Positions 36,773-45,116 of a stretch of 64,000 bases of DNA are shown one piece after another. The position numbers and the translations under genes were made by a program. The notes under the pieces were generated by a model. That model was not told where the DNA came from and did no database searches. It was given only the letters and a program-made list of their open reading frames with translations. The first letter of the stretch is position 1; each line of letters starts with the position of its first letter. Source of the stretch: Gaiellales bacterium (GTDB lineage Bacteria > Actinomycetota > Thermoleophilia > Gaiellales > JAICJC01); contig JBJMJD010000087.1 of assembly GCA_045806525.1 (NCBI GenBank), positions 22,814 to 86,813 of the forward strand, written 5' to 3'.

Positions 36773-38298
36773 TCTCCCCCCGCCGGCGCCGGCGTCGCCG
36801 CCAGCGGGACGTCGACCACCTGCTCGCGCACCGACTTACCGGCCAGGTAGCCCACAACGGCGAACGCGATCACCACGGCCAGCGTGCCCAGCGTGAACAC
36901 CTCGAAGCGCAGCCGCGAGACGCCCCAACTGTCGACGAAGTTGTAGTCGGCCCCGAACACGTATTCGAGCGTGTCGGGGAAGATCGCGACCCACGATCCC
37001 ATCAGCACCCACGCCGTGCACAGCACGCCGATGGTCCAGAGGCCGCCCTTGCCGCCGGGCACGCTGAAGACGCGCGGCACGCTGGCATGGCTGTAGCGCA
37101 GCCTGATCAGCGCAGGGAAGATCAGGATGTAGGACACGAGCGTGGTCGAGATGGCCATGTACAGCACCACCGCGAAGGTGTCGGCCTCGCTGCTCGACAG
37201 CAGCCGTACCGCGGCCACCATGAAGATGGTGGATGTCACGCCGGAGAGCACGTTCACCCGCACCGGCGTGCCCAGCCTCTCGTTGAACACGCCGAACCAG
37301 GGGAAGAAGGCGCCGTCGTAGGCAGCCACGGCCTGGATCCGGTCGGAGCCCATCATCCAGACCGCGCCGGAGGTGACCAGCGCGAAGATGAAGCCCAGCG
37401 CCATCAGATCGGTGAGGAAGTTCTGGGCACCGCCGTAGACGCCGAACATCTGGTGGACGGCGTCCATGAAGCCGCCGATGCCGGTGATCTTCGACGACGG
37501 CAGCACCGCCACGATGCCGAAGATCGGGATGGCGTATGCGATCGACGAGATGACGGCGCTCTTGGCGACGGATCGGGGCACGTCGCGCTGCGGGTCCTCC
37601 ATCTCCTCGGCCGCGCCGTTCTGCAGCTCGAAGCCCACGAACCCGAAGATCAGGAGCGGCACCAGGCCGATGAAGATCCCGGCCGTTGGCGAGAAGTCGC
37701 CAATGCCATAGCCGTGCACGCCGTGCTTGATCGCGAAGACGACCACCGTCAGCGAGAAGAACCCGAGCACCAGGAACCGCACGATCGCGCCGGCGTTCGG
37801 GATCCACTTGCCGTGCTTCAACGACACGATCGCCACGCCGATGCTGATCCAGATGAAGATGAACTTGAACGCGTAATCGCCGAACGTGCCGCTCCCGACG
37901 CCGTGGATGTTTGAGCTCCAGGCGTCGGTGGCGACGAAGCAGAGCGATCCGCCCACCCAGAAGGGGTTCGTCACCCAGTACAGGACGGCGCCGATGCCGG
38001 CCGCCAGCCGGCCCCAGGTCAACTTCATCCACTCGTACGGCCCGCCCTCCTGCGGGAAGGCGGTGCCCAGCTCCGCCATCAGCAGGGCGTAGGGGAACAT
38101 GAACAGCACGACCAGGACGACGACCCACGTGAACGCCTGCGCGCCATAGCTGGCGGCCTGTCCCAGCAGGTCGAGGCCGACGATCGCGCAGACGGTGAAG
38201 AAGACCATGTCGAGCTGGCCAAGGCTCTTGACCAGCTTGCGCTTCTCGGAGAGGGCAAGCTCGGTGGTGTGCTCTACGGGTGCTGCTGGCGTGGCCAT
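36769..38298 (-). CDS. APC-family permease
   Basis: 509 aa, polytopic. GPYEWMKLTWG and FVGFELQNGAAEEMEDPQRDVP motifs of amino acid/polyamine transporters. Confidence 0.85.
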   Translation of the reverse strand: MATPAAPVEHTTELALSEKRKLVKSLGQLDMVFFTVCAIVGLDLLGQAASYGAQAFTWVVVLVVLFMFPYALLMAELGTAFPQEGGPYEWMKLTWGRLAAGIGAVLYWVTNPFWVGGSLCFVATDAWSSNIHGVGSGTFGDYAFKFIFIWISIGVAIVSLKHGKWIPNAGAIVRFLVLGFFSLTVVVFAIKHGVHGYGIGDFSPTAGIFIGLVPLLIFGFVGFELQNGAAEEMEDPQRDVPRSVAKSAVISSIAYAIPIFGIVAVLPSSKITGIGGFMDAVHQMFGVYGGAQNFLTDLMALGFIFALVTSGAVWMMGSDRIQAVAAYDGAFFPWFGVFNERLGTPVRVNVLSGVTSTIFMVAAVRLLSSSEADTFAVVLYMAISTTLVSYILIFPALIRLRYSHASVPRVFSVPGGKGGLWTIGVLCTAWVLMGSWVAIFPDTLEYVFGADYNFVDSWGVSRLRFEVFTLGTLAVVIAFAVVGYLAGKSVREQVVDVPLAATPAPAGGD

Positions 38299-38358
38299 GG
38301 GGGTCCTCCGGATCGGGCGCGGAACACCCTTGACGCTACGCCCTGCGCCGCTCGCTGT

Positions 38359-38847
38359 CTAGATGAAGCGTTCCTCGCCGACGAGCGCGTTCAGCGAGGC
38401 CGCGCCGCGCTCGACGACGGCCGGGTCCAGGCGCCGCAGCCGCCGGGCGACCTTGCGCTCGAGCCGCTGGCCCGCTGCGGTGGCCAGGTCGCGGCCGGAC
38501 TCGGTCAGCAGCGTGCTGCCGTGTGCGCCGCTTCGCTTCACGTACCCGCGAGTTGCCAGCCGCAGTGCGATCTGCTTTGCCTGGCTTGTGCTGGCGGCGA
38601 GCAGCTCGGAGAGTGCACGGGTGGTGACCGCCTCACCCTCCGGGGCCTCGCTCAGGAGCAGCAGCGCGTAGAGCTCCATGGGACGCAGGTCGACGTCGCG
38701 CGCCGTCTCCAGCACGGAGCGGTCGAGCGAGCGAAGAAGCCGCAACCCCGCAGGTACACCGGTGGGTGCCGCCGGCGGAGCGTCGTGGGGGGAAGTGACA
38801 AGCGCGAGCCTGACGGCGCTGCGGCTGGTGGAGTGGGGCGCACCCAT
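38359..38847 (-). CDS. MarR-family transcriptional regulator
   Basis: Winged HTH region LRPMELYALLLLSEAPEGEAVTTRALSELLAASTSQAKQIALRLATRGYV. Confidence 0.8.
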   Translation of the reverse strand: MGAPHSTSRSAVRLALVTSPHDAPPAAPTGVPAGLRLLRSLDRSVLETARDVDLRPMELYALLLLSEAPEGEAVTTRALSELLAASTSQAKQIALRLATRGYVKRSGAHGSTLLTESGRDLATAAGQRLERKVARRLRRLDPAVVERGAASLNALVGEERFI

Positions 38848-38928
38848 GTCGCTGCATCTTCACCCACCGACCGGTTTCGCGCACTCGCCGTTTTGTGGTA
38901 ATTGTCTGGCAGATTTTGGAAGGTTGCA

Positions 38929-39060
38929 TCAGGCTGGTCCCTGGGCGCAGGGATCCACGGCCCAGAAGAAGAATGCCAGCACCGCCACGAAAGCAACCGC
39001 CAGCAGCACCGTCAGCAGCACCCGCCGGGACGCCGACATGGCGGTCGAGCGTCGCGCCAT
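38929..39060 (-). CDS. Possible 43-aa single-pass membrane peptide
   Basis: MARRSTAMSASRRVLLTVLLAVAFVAVLAFFFWAVDPCAQGPA. Strong G/C bias at third codon positions. No convincing RBS. Lies directly 3' of tRNA-Leu. Confidence 0.3.
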   Translation of the reverse strand: MARRSTAMSASRRVLLTVLLAVAFVAVLAFFFWAVDPCAQGPA

Positions 39061-39167
39061 CGAGGTTGAGACGACTCCGATGCCGGTTACCCCGGCGACC
39101 GCTGCCGAGATGAAGCACTGGGTCTCCCAGGTGGAGGCGGCGGGCAGCGAGGCAATCACGGGCTACA

Positions 39168-39251
39168 TGCGGATGAGAGGACTTGAACCTCCACGACCTT
39201 ACGGCCACACGGACCTGAACCGTGCGCGTCTACCAATTCCGCCACATCCGC
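39168..39251 (-). tRNA. tRNA-Leu (anticodon CAG)
   Basis: The reverse complement is GCGGATGTGGCGGAATTGGTAGACGCGCACGGTTCAGGTCCGTGTGGCCGTAAGGTCGTGGAGGTTCAAGTCCTCTCATCCGCA. Acceptor stem GCGGATG/CATCCGC; anticodon stem CACGG/CCGTG with loop TTCAGGT; long variable arm; TTCAAGT T-loop. CCA is not encoded. Confidence 0.9.
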
Positions 39252-39267
39252 GCGGGGAGAGCTGATT

Positions 39268-40407
39268 CTAGCGAGGGTTGCAGGCCCCCGTCAGCAGCGC
39301 GGCGATCTCGGCCTCGCCGTAGCCCAGATCGGCCAGCACCTCGGCGGCGTGCTCGCCCAGCCGCGGCGGCGGCAGCCGGCTGCCCGGCCGGTCACCGTCG
39401 TAACGGATCGGCGAGCGCACCAGCCCGATCTCGCCCGCCGCCGGATGCTGCACCCGCTCCACCATGTGCGCCGCCGGCCCCGCAAACGTCTCCGGGATCG
39501 ACAGCACCGGACCGCCGGGCACGTGCGCGCGCTCCAGCACCTCACTCCACTCAGCCACCGTGCGTTCTGCCAGCAGCTCCTGCAGCTGGGGCACCAGCAC
39601 GTCGCGGCCCTCCACCCGACCCGCGTTGGTCTGCCAGCGCGGATCCGTCGCAAGGTCGCCGCGGCCGGCCTCGGCGCAGAAGCGGCGGAAGTGGTCATCC
39701 GTGCCGACCGCCAGGTTCACGTACCCGTCGGCCGCCCTGAAGGTCTCGTAGGGCACGATCGACGGGTGCGCGTTTCCCAGCCGCTTCGGCTCGATGCCGC
39801 TGATCAGCCAGTCGCCGGCCCGGTTCGCCAGCCACGCCACCTGCGCATCCAGCAGCGACACCTCGCAGCTCCGCCCCTGCCCGCTGTGCTCGCGCTCATG
39901 CAGCGCCGCCAGCACCGCCGAGCTCGCGAACAGCCCGGCCACGATGTCTGAGATGGCAACGGAGACCTTCATCGGCTCGCCGTCGGGCTCACCGGTGATG
40001 CTCATGATCCCACCCAGCCCCTGCATCAGGAAGTCGTACCCCGGCCGCTCCGCGTCCGGCCCGTCGGACGGGTACCCCGCGATCGTGCAGTGCACGGCCA
40101 TCGGGTTCACGGTCCGCACCGCCTCCCAGTCAACCTCGTAGCGCAGCGCCGCCGCCGGCAGGAAGTTGTGCAGCAGCACGTCGCAGCGGCCGATCAGCCG
40201 TCGCACCACCTCACGGCCCGCGTCGTCGCGCAGGTCGATCGCGATCGACCGCTTGTTGCGGTTGACCTGCATGAAGTACGCGCTCTCGCCGCCCTCGAAC
40301 GGCGGCCCCCAGCGGCGGCTGCCGTCGCCCTCGCCGGGGCGCTCGACCTTGACCACGTCGGCGCCAAGGTCGCCCAGCATCATCGTGCAGTAGGGGCCCG
40401 CCAGCAC
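39268..40407 (-). CDS. Family III CoA-transferase (CaiB/BaiF-like); true N-terminus probably upstream of 40407
   Basis: AGPYCTMMLGDLGADVVKVE, NRNKRS, and the GxxGxxD region. The first canonical start is GTG 40407, but the conserved LAGLRVLDLTQ strand is encoded in frame just upstream (see findings). Confidence 0.8.
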   Translation of the reverse strand: MLAGPYCTMMLGDLGADVVKVERPGEGDGSRRWGPPFEGGESAYFMQVNRNKRSIAIDLRDDAGREVVRRLIGRCDVLLHNFLPAAALRYEVDWEAVRTVNPMAVHCTIAGYPSDGPDAERPGYDFLMQGLGGIMSITGEPDGEPMKVSVAISDIVAGLFASSAVLAALHEREHSGQGRSCEVSLLDAQVAWLANRAGDWLISGIEPKRLGNAHPSIVPYETFRAADGYVNLAVGTDDHFRRFCAEAGRGDLATDPRWQTNAGRVEGRDVLVPQLQELLAERTVAEWSEVLERAHVPGGPVLSIPETFAGPAAHMVERVQHPAAGEIGLVRSPIRYDGDRPGSRLPPPRLGEHAAEVLADLGYGEAEIAALLTGACNPR

Positions 40408-40454
40408 CTGCGTCAGGTCGAGGACGCGCAGGCCCGCCAGCGGGAGCGCGCCGC

Positions 40455-40934
40455 TCAGCTGGTCGCCCCGGCCGTCAGCTTCTCCACCTCGGCCAGCGCC
40501 CAGGCGGTGTGCTCATCCGGCTTCACCCGGCGCTTGATCGCGGCCAAGTTGCCGTCGGCGTCGATCACGAAGGTCGAGCGCTCGATCCCCATCGACGTCC
40601 TGCCATAGTTCTTCTTCTCGACCCAGACGCCGTAGTCCTCGGCCATCGTGTGCTCGGTGTCGGCCAGCAGTGGGAACGGCAGCCCGTACTTCTCCTTGAA
40701 CCTGCGGTGCGACTCCGGGGACTGTGGGCTGACGCCGATCACCCTCGCGCCGATCCGCCCGAACTCCGCCCAGCTATCGCGGATGCTGCAGGCCTGGCGC
40801 GTGCAGCCGGGCGTGTCGTCCTTGGGATAGAAGTAGACGACCACCGGCCGGCCCTTGAGATCGCCGAGCGACACCGTCTCATCGGTGTCTGACTGCAGTG
40901 AGAACGGCGGAGCCGGCCGGCCAACCTCGAGCAT
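40455..40934 (-). CDS. bcp: Thiol peroxidase Bcp (peroxiredoxin)
   Basis: ATG 40934 with AAGGAG upstream. VVYFYPKDDTPGCTRQAC peroxidatic Cys motif. Confidence 0.9.
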   Translation of the reverse strand: MLEVGRPAPPFSLQSDTDETVSLGDLKGRPVVVYFYPKDDTPGCTRQACSIRDSWAEFGRIGARVIGVSPQSPESHRRFKEKYGLPFPLLADTEHTMAEDYGVWVEKKNYGRTSMGIERSTFVIDADGNLAAIKRRVKPDEHTAWALAEVEKLTAGATS

Positions 40935-41016
40935 CGTTACTCCTTGGAACGGGTGCGTTTGCTGGGCCGTACTGTAGTCGGGGGTGGGGGGCAAATCCGC
41001 CTGATAGCGTGGCGCC

Positions 41017-41376
41017 ATGCCCGAGGTGCACATGGTGGTGGGGACGCTCCTGATCGTGACCAACGCGATCGTGGGCATCTGGGGGTTGATCGCCTACCGC
41101 CGCGACCGGCCCCCCGCCGGCATCTACATGCAGCTGCTGGCGCTCTCGCAGACGATGGTGATCGCGCAGGCAACGCTTGGCCTGATCCTGCTCTCCGACG
41201 GCTACCGCCCCGGCGACAAGCTGCACTTCGCCTACGGGTTGCTACCGCTGCTCGCGATCGCCTACCCCTATGCTTTGCGGGGTGAGGACGGACGCAAGAA
41301 CCTGCTCTACTTCGCGGCCGGCGCCACCGTGGTGGCGGCGCTGGGAGTGCGCGCCTACATGACGGGGCCGTCCTGA
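41017..41376 (+). CDS. Hypothetical integral membrane protein (about 4 TM)
   Basis: 119-aa hydrophobic ORF with coding-like third-position GC. I did not recognise a family. Confidence 0.6.
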   Translation: MPEVHMVVGTLLIVTNAIVGIWGLIAYRRDRPPAGIYMQLLALSQTMVIAQATLGLILLSDGYRPGDKLHFAYGLLPLLAIAYPYALRGEDGRKNLLYFAAGATVVAALGVRAYMTGPS

Positions 41377-41753
41377 TGGATCGCGACAACCTGCGCGGGT
41401 TTGCCATCGTAATCGCGATCGCGGTGGTGGCAACGGTGTTCTTTCAGGTGTCGTCGGCCATCTTCAGCGCGATCCTGGGCGCGATCAGCCTGATCTTCAT
41501 CTGCCTCCTGTGGTACTTCGGCTACGGCTGGTACCACCGCAACCGGATGGCGATCTCGTTGATGCCCGACCGCCAGCGCAACATCCTCTACCTCGGGCTG
41601 GGCGCGGTCACCGTGTCGGCCGCGCTCTACTCGCTGGCGCAGTTCCAGCTGATCGACCTGGGCGCATTCTCGGTGCCGGTGCTGGCGGCGTTCTTCGGCG
41701 GGCTGTTCGCCATGTACTACGCCTGGAACGAGTCGAAGCGCTACTACCTGTAA
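41376..41753 (+). CDS. Hypothetical integral membrane protein
   Basis: 125 aa. The start overlaps the upstream stop (TGATG). About 4 TM segments. C-terminus YYAWNESKRYYL. Confidence 0.6.
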   Translation: MDRDNLRGFAIVIAIAVVATVFFQVSSAIFSAILGAISLIFICLLWYFGYGWYHRNRMAISLMPDRQRNILYLGLGAVTVSAALYSLAQFQLIDLGAFSVPVLAAFFGGLFAMYYAWNESKRYYL

Positions 41754-41909
41754 GGCGTCAATCCCCGCCCCTGGGCCTGGGACATCGCGCATGCGGCCGG
41801 GGACGTGCTGCCCTCGCCGTCGAGATCGTTGAGCGCGGCGAGCCCGACGCACTGGTACGGCTACGACCACGGCTACTGCCTCCTGTTCTGCCTCCAAAGG
41901 CGGCCGCGC

Positions 41910-41938
41910 TTGCCACAGCGTTCCACTGGATATATCAT
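41910..41938 (+). promoter_or_regulatory. Candidate promoter giving a leaderless mRNA for the 41946 CDS
   Basis: TTGCCA(41910-41915)-17 nt-TATCAT(41933-41938). ATG 41946 lies 7 nt after the -10 element. Confidence 0.3.
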
Positions 41939-41945
41939 ACGCGCT

Positions 41946-42299
41946 ATGAGCCGCGTCAATGCGACCGCCGATCTGGTCTGGGCAATCTCGCTCGTCACCG
42001 CGGTTGTGGGAGGAGCGGTGCTCGGGTTCGTCCGTGCCTGGTGGTGCGCGCTACTCGGTGCCCTGCTTCCGGTCATCCTGGTTGTGGTCGCGCAGTTCGT
42101 TTCAAACGACACGCTTCCCGGCACAGAGGATCTGTCGTGGCGGATCGTTCTCGTAGTGATCGCCGTGGAGGCGGCGGTGCTCTTCTTCGGCTTCTTCGCC
42201 ATCGGGGCGGTGCTACGCGTGCTGGTCGACTTCGTGCGTCGCCGGATCCCTCGCAAGCCCTCCATCAACAGCCGACGCACCTTGACTCCACGGCGCTGA
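41946..42299 (+). CDS. Hypothetical membrane protein (3 TM, basic C-tail)
   Basis: MSRVNATADLVWAISLVTAVVGGAVLGF..., inside ORF 41805..42299. Confidence 0.55.
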   Translation: MSRVNATADLVWAISLVTAVVGGAVLGFVRAWWCALLGALLPVILVVVAQFVSNDTLPGTEDLSWRIVLVVIAVEAAVLFFGFFAIGAVLRVLVDFVRRRIPRKPSINSRRTLTPRR

Positions 42300-42350
42300 C
42301 CTGCGAGCCCAGTCCCGGCAGCGTGCCCCCTGGTCCGGGCACAATGCGGC

Positions 42351-44249
42351 ATGGCCACCGACGCGTCCGACGGCACCAGACCGTTCTCGGGCAAGACCGC
42401 CTGGGCGCGCAACCTGGAGACGCCGCTTCGTGAGTTCATAGGCACCGAGACCGGCAGCGCCGGCGTGCTGCTGGCGGCCACGATCGCAGCGCTGCTCTGG
42501 ATCAACGTCGACTCGTCGTCGTACCGAAGCGTCTGGGAGACAGACCTGGCCGTGCGGCTGGGCGACCACTCGATCAACCTCGACCTGCGCGGATGGTTGA
42601 ACAGCGGGCTGATGACTTTGTTCTTCTTCGTGGTCGGCCTGGAGGCCCGCCGCGAGTTCGACATGGGGGAGCTGCGGCAACGGCGGAGGGTGGCGCTGCC
42701 CGTGCTGGCAGGCATCGGCGGCATGGTCGTGCCGGTGCTGATCTACCTGGCCTTCAACGCCGGGTCATCGACCGCCCACGGCTGGGGGACGGCGATGTCG
42801 ACGGACACGGCGTTCGCCCTGGGACTGCTGGCGCTGGTCGGGCCGCGCTTTCCCGACCGTCTGCGGGTCTTTCTGCTGACTGTGGCGATCATCGATGACG
42901 TGATCGCGCTGACCGTGATCGCCCTCGTGTACAGCGGCCACATCGTCGTCGGCCCGCTGCTCGTCGCACTGGCGGTGCTCACCCTGGTTCTGGTGATGCG
43001 CTCCCTCGGGGTGCGTTACGGCCTGCCCTACGCCCTGCTCGGAGTGGCGGCCTGGCTTGCGGTCGAGAGCTCGGGAATCGACCCGATCGTGGTCGGGTTG
43101 GTGCTGGGCCTGCTGGTGTACGCGTCACCCGCCGCGCGCGGCGACCTGGAGCGCGCCACCGACCTGTTTCGCGCCTTCCGCGAGCAGCCCACGCCCGAGC
43201 TGGCGCGGACCGCCCAGTCGGGCGTCCGCACGGCCATCTCCCCCAACGTGCGGCTGCAGGGCGTGTTTCACCCCTGGACGAGCTACGTGATAGTGCCGCT
43301 GTTCGCCCTGGCGAACGCCGGGATCGAGATCAACGGCCCGTTCCTCTCGCGTGCGTTCACCTCGACCGTCACGCTCGGCATCCTGATCGGATATGTGGTG
43401 GGCAAGCCGATCGGCGTCGCCGGCACCGCGTGGCTGGTCACCGTTTTCAGCCGCGGCCGGCTGCGTCCGCCGGTCGGATGGGCGGCCGTCGTTGGCGGGG
43501 GCGCGATCGCCGGCATTGGATTCACCGTGTCGATCCTGATCGCCACCCTGGCGTTCAGCGGCGACCGGCTGGAGGAGGCCAAGCTGGGTGTGCTCAGCGC
43601 TGCGGTTGTGTCCTCGCTGTTCGCGTGGGTGCTGTTTCGCGCTACCGCGCGGCTCCCCTTGGGCCTGCGTGTGCAGGCGTTGCTAGGATCGTCGGAGGCG
43701 ATCGTCGACCTGGCAGCCCCCGTGGACGACGAGCGCGACCACATCCGCGGGCCCGCCGACGCGCCTGTCACCGTCGTTGAGTACGGCGACTTCGAGTGCC
43801 CGTACTGCGGCCAGGCGGAGGCGGTGATGCGCGATCTGCTCGCGGACCACGGCGACGTGCGCTACGTCTGGCGGCACCTGCCCCTGAACGACGTCCACCC
43901 GAACGCCCAGCTCGCGGCCGAGGCGGCGGAGGCGGCGGGCGACCAGGGCTCGTTCTGGGAGATGCACGACCTGCTGCTGTCCAATCAGGGCGCTCAGCGG
44001 CCGGGCGACCTGGTGGGCTATGCCGAGCAGCTCGGTCTCGACGTCGACCGCTTCCGCGACCACATGCGCCGCGGCGCCGGCGTGGAGCGGATCGATCAGG
44101 ACGTCGACTCGGCGGACATGAGCGGCGTGTCCGGCACGCCGACGTTCTTCATCAACGGCCGCCGCCACAACGGTGCCTACGATCTGCCAACGCTGTCCGC
44201 AGAAGTCAGGGTCGCCCGCGCGCGGACGCTGGTGGCGCCGGCCCGCTAG
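42351..44249 (+). CDS. nhaA: NhaA Na+/H+ antiporter fused to a C-terminal DsbA-like thioredoxin domain
   Basis: NhaA motifs (LMTLFFFVVGLEARRE, AMSTDTAFALG, IIDDVIA). The C-terminal ~200 aa carry YGDFECPYCGQ and GVSGTPTFFING. Confidence 0.85.
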   Translation: MATDASDGTRPFSGKTAWARNLETPLREFIGTETGSAGVLLAATIAALLWINVDSSSYRSVWETDLAVRLGDHSINLDLRGWLNSGLMTLFFFVVGLEARREFDMGELRQRRRVALPVLAGIGGMVVPVLIYLAFNAGSSTAHGWGTAMSTDTAFALGLLALVGPRFPDRLRVFLLTVAIIDDVIALTVIALVYSGHIVVGPLLVALAVLTLVLVMRSLGVRYGLPYALLGVAAWLAVESSGIDPIVVGLVLGLLVYASPAARGDLERATDLFRAFREQPTPELARTAQSGVRTAISPNVRLQGVFHPWTSYVIVPLFALANAGIEINGPFLSRAFTSTVTLGILIGYVVGKPIGVAGTAWLVTVFSRGRLRPPVGWAAVVGGGAIAGIGFTVSILIATLAFSGDRLEEAKLGVLSAAVVSSLFAWVLFRATARLPLGLRVQALLGSSEAIVDLAAPVDDERDHIRGPADAPVTVVEYGDFECPYCGQAEAVMRDLLADHGDVRYVWRHLPLNDVHPNAQLAAEAAEAAGDQGSFWEMHDLLLSNQGAQRPGDLVGYAEQLGLDVDRFRDHMRRGAGVERIDQDVDSADMSGVSGTPTFFINGRRHNGAYDLPTLSAEVRVARARTLVAPAR

Positions 44250-44265
44250 TCGTTGACCCGCATGC

Positions 44266-45018
44266 TCAGGCGTCGACCGGCGTCGCAGCAGCGGCCGCAC
44301 CGAGCGTGGCCAGCACCTCGCGGACGTCGCCAGAGCGACACGTGAAGATGGGCGTGTCGCGCTCCGTGTAGCGGCTGGCCTCGGTCTCGCGCAGCGTCAT
44401 CATCAGATCCAGGAAGTCGCCCACGAAGTCGGTCTCGAACGCCACCACGAACTCCTGGTCGTCGATCCCGAACGAGTAGGTGGTGTTGATCTTCACGGTC
44501 GGGAACTTGTGACCGGTCGCGATGTGCTCGTTCATGATCCCCTGCCGCGTCGGCTTCGACAGCTGGTACCAGGCCCGCGTCTTCACCATCGGGTAGATCA
44601 GGAGGTACCTGGAGTCGGGGTTCCACATGATCCGCCCGCGCTTGTGCATGGAGCGGCCCTCGCCCTTCACGTACTGCGAGCGGCGCGTCATCGACAGGTA
44701 GGCATACGGCGTCTCGAGGTGAGCGCCCAGCGCCGTTCCGAGCAGAGCGGTGCCCAGCTCCTGGAAGTCCTCGAGCCGCTCGGACACCTTCCACAGCATC
44801 ACGTCGGCGTCGGCGCGCAGGCCGACCATCGTGTAGGCCCGGATCGGAAACCGCTCGCCGTACTCCTCGACCACCGCCGCGAACTCGCCCAGCGCCGCCT
44901 CGCGCTCGGCCGCGGGCAGCAGCCGGAAGCCGCGATCGAGCTTGTAGAACGAGAAGTGCACGAACTGCCGGTCCTCACCGGACGAGTTGTTCGGAGCCTC
45001 TCCATTGGCCTCGCTCAT
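44266..45018 (-). CDS. hemQ: Chlorite-dismutase-family coproheme decarboxylase (HemQ/ChdC)
   Basis: ATG 45018. FVHFSFYKLD..., YLLIYPMVKTRAWYQLS, IMNEHIATGHKF. Confidence 0.85.
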   Translation of the reverse strand: MSEANGEAPNNSSGEDRQFVHFSFYKLDRGFRLLPAAEREAALGEFAAVVEEYGERFPIRAYTMVGLRADADVMLWKVSERLEDFQELGTALLGTALGAHLETPYAYLSMTRRSQYVKGEGRSMHKRGRIMWNPDSRYLLIYPMVKTRAWYQLSKPTRQGIMNEHIATGHKFPTVKINTTYSFGIDDQEFVVAFETDFVGDFLDLMMTLRETEASRYTERDTPIFTCRSGDVREVLATLGAAAAATPVDA

Positions 45019-45116
45019 GGTTCGATGGTAGCAGTGGGATGCCGTTGCCAGGCCGTCACAGCTTCGGCACGGGAGCGGTCTGGTTCCGTGACGGCCACCC
45101 CGCCTAGCGTGGGCGC

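Noticed and set aside
17600-39251. Calling the catabolic block a tRNA-Leu-associated genomic island or mobile element
   Set aside because: No integrase, transposase, direct repeat of the tRNA 3' end or clear compositional break is visible. I kept it only as a low-interest lead.
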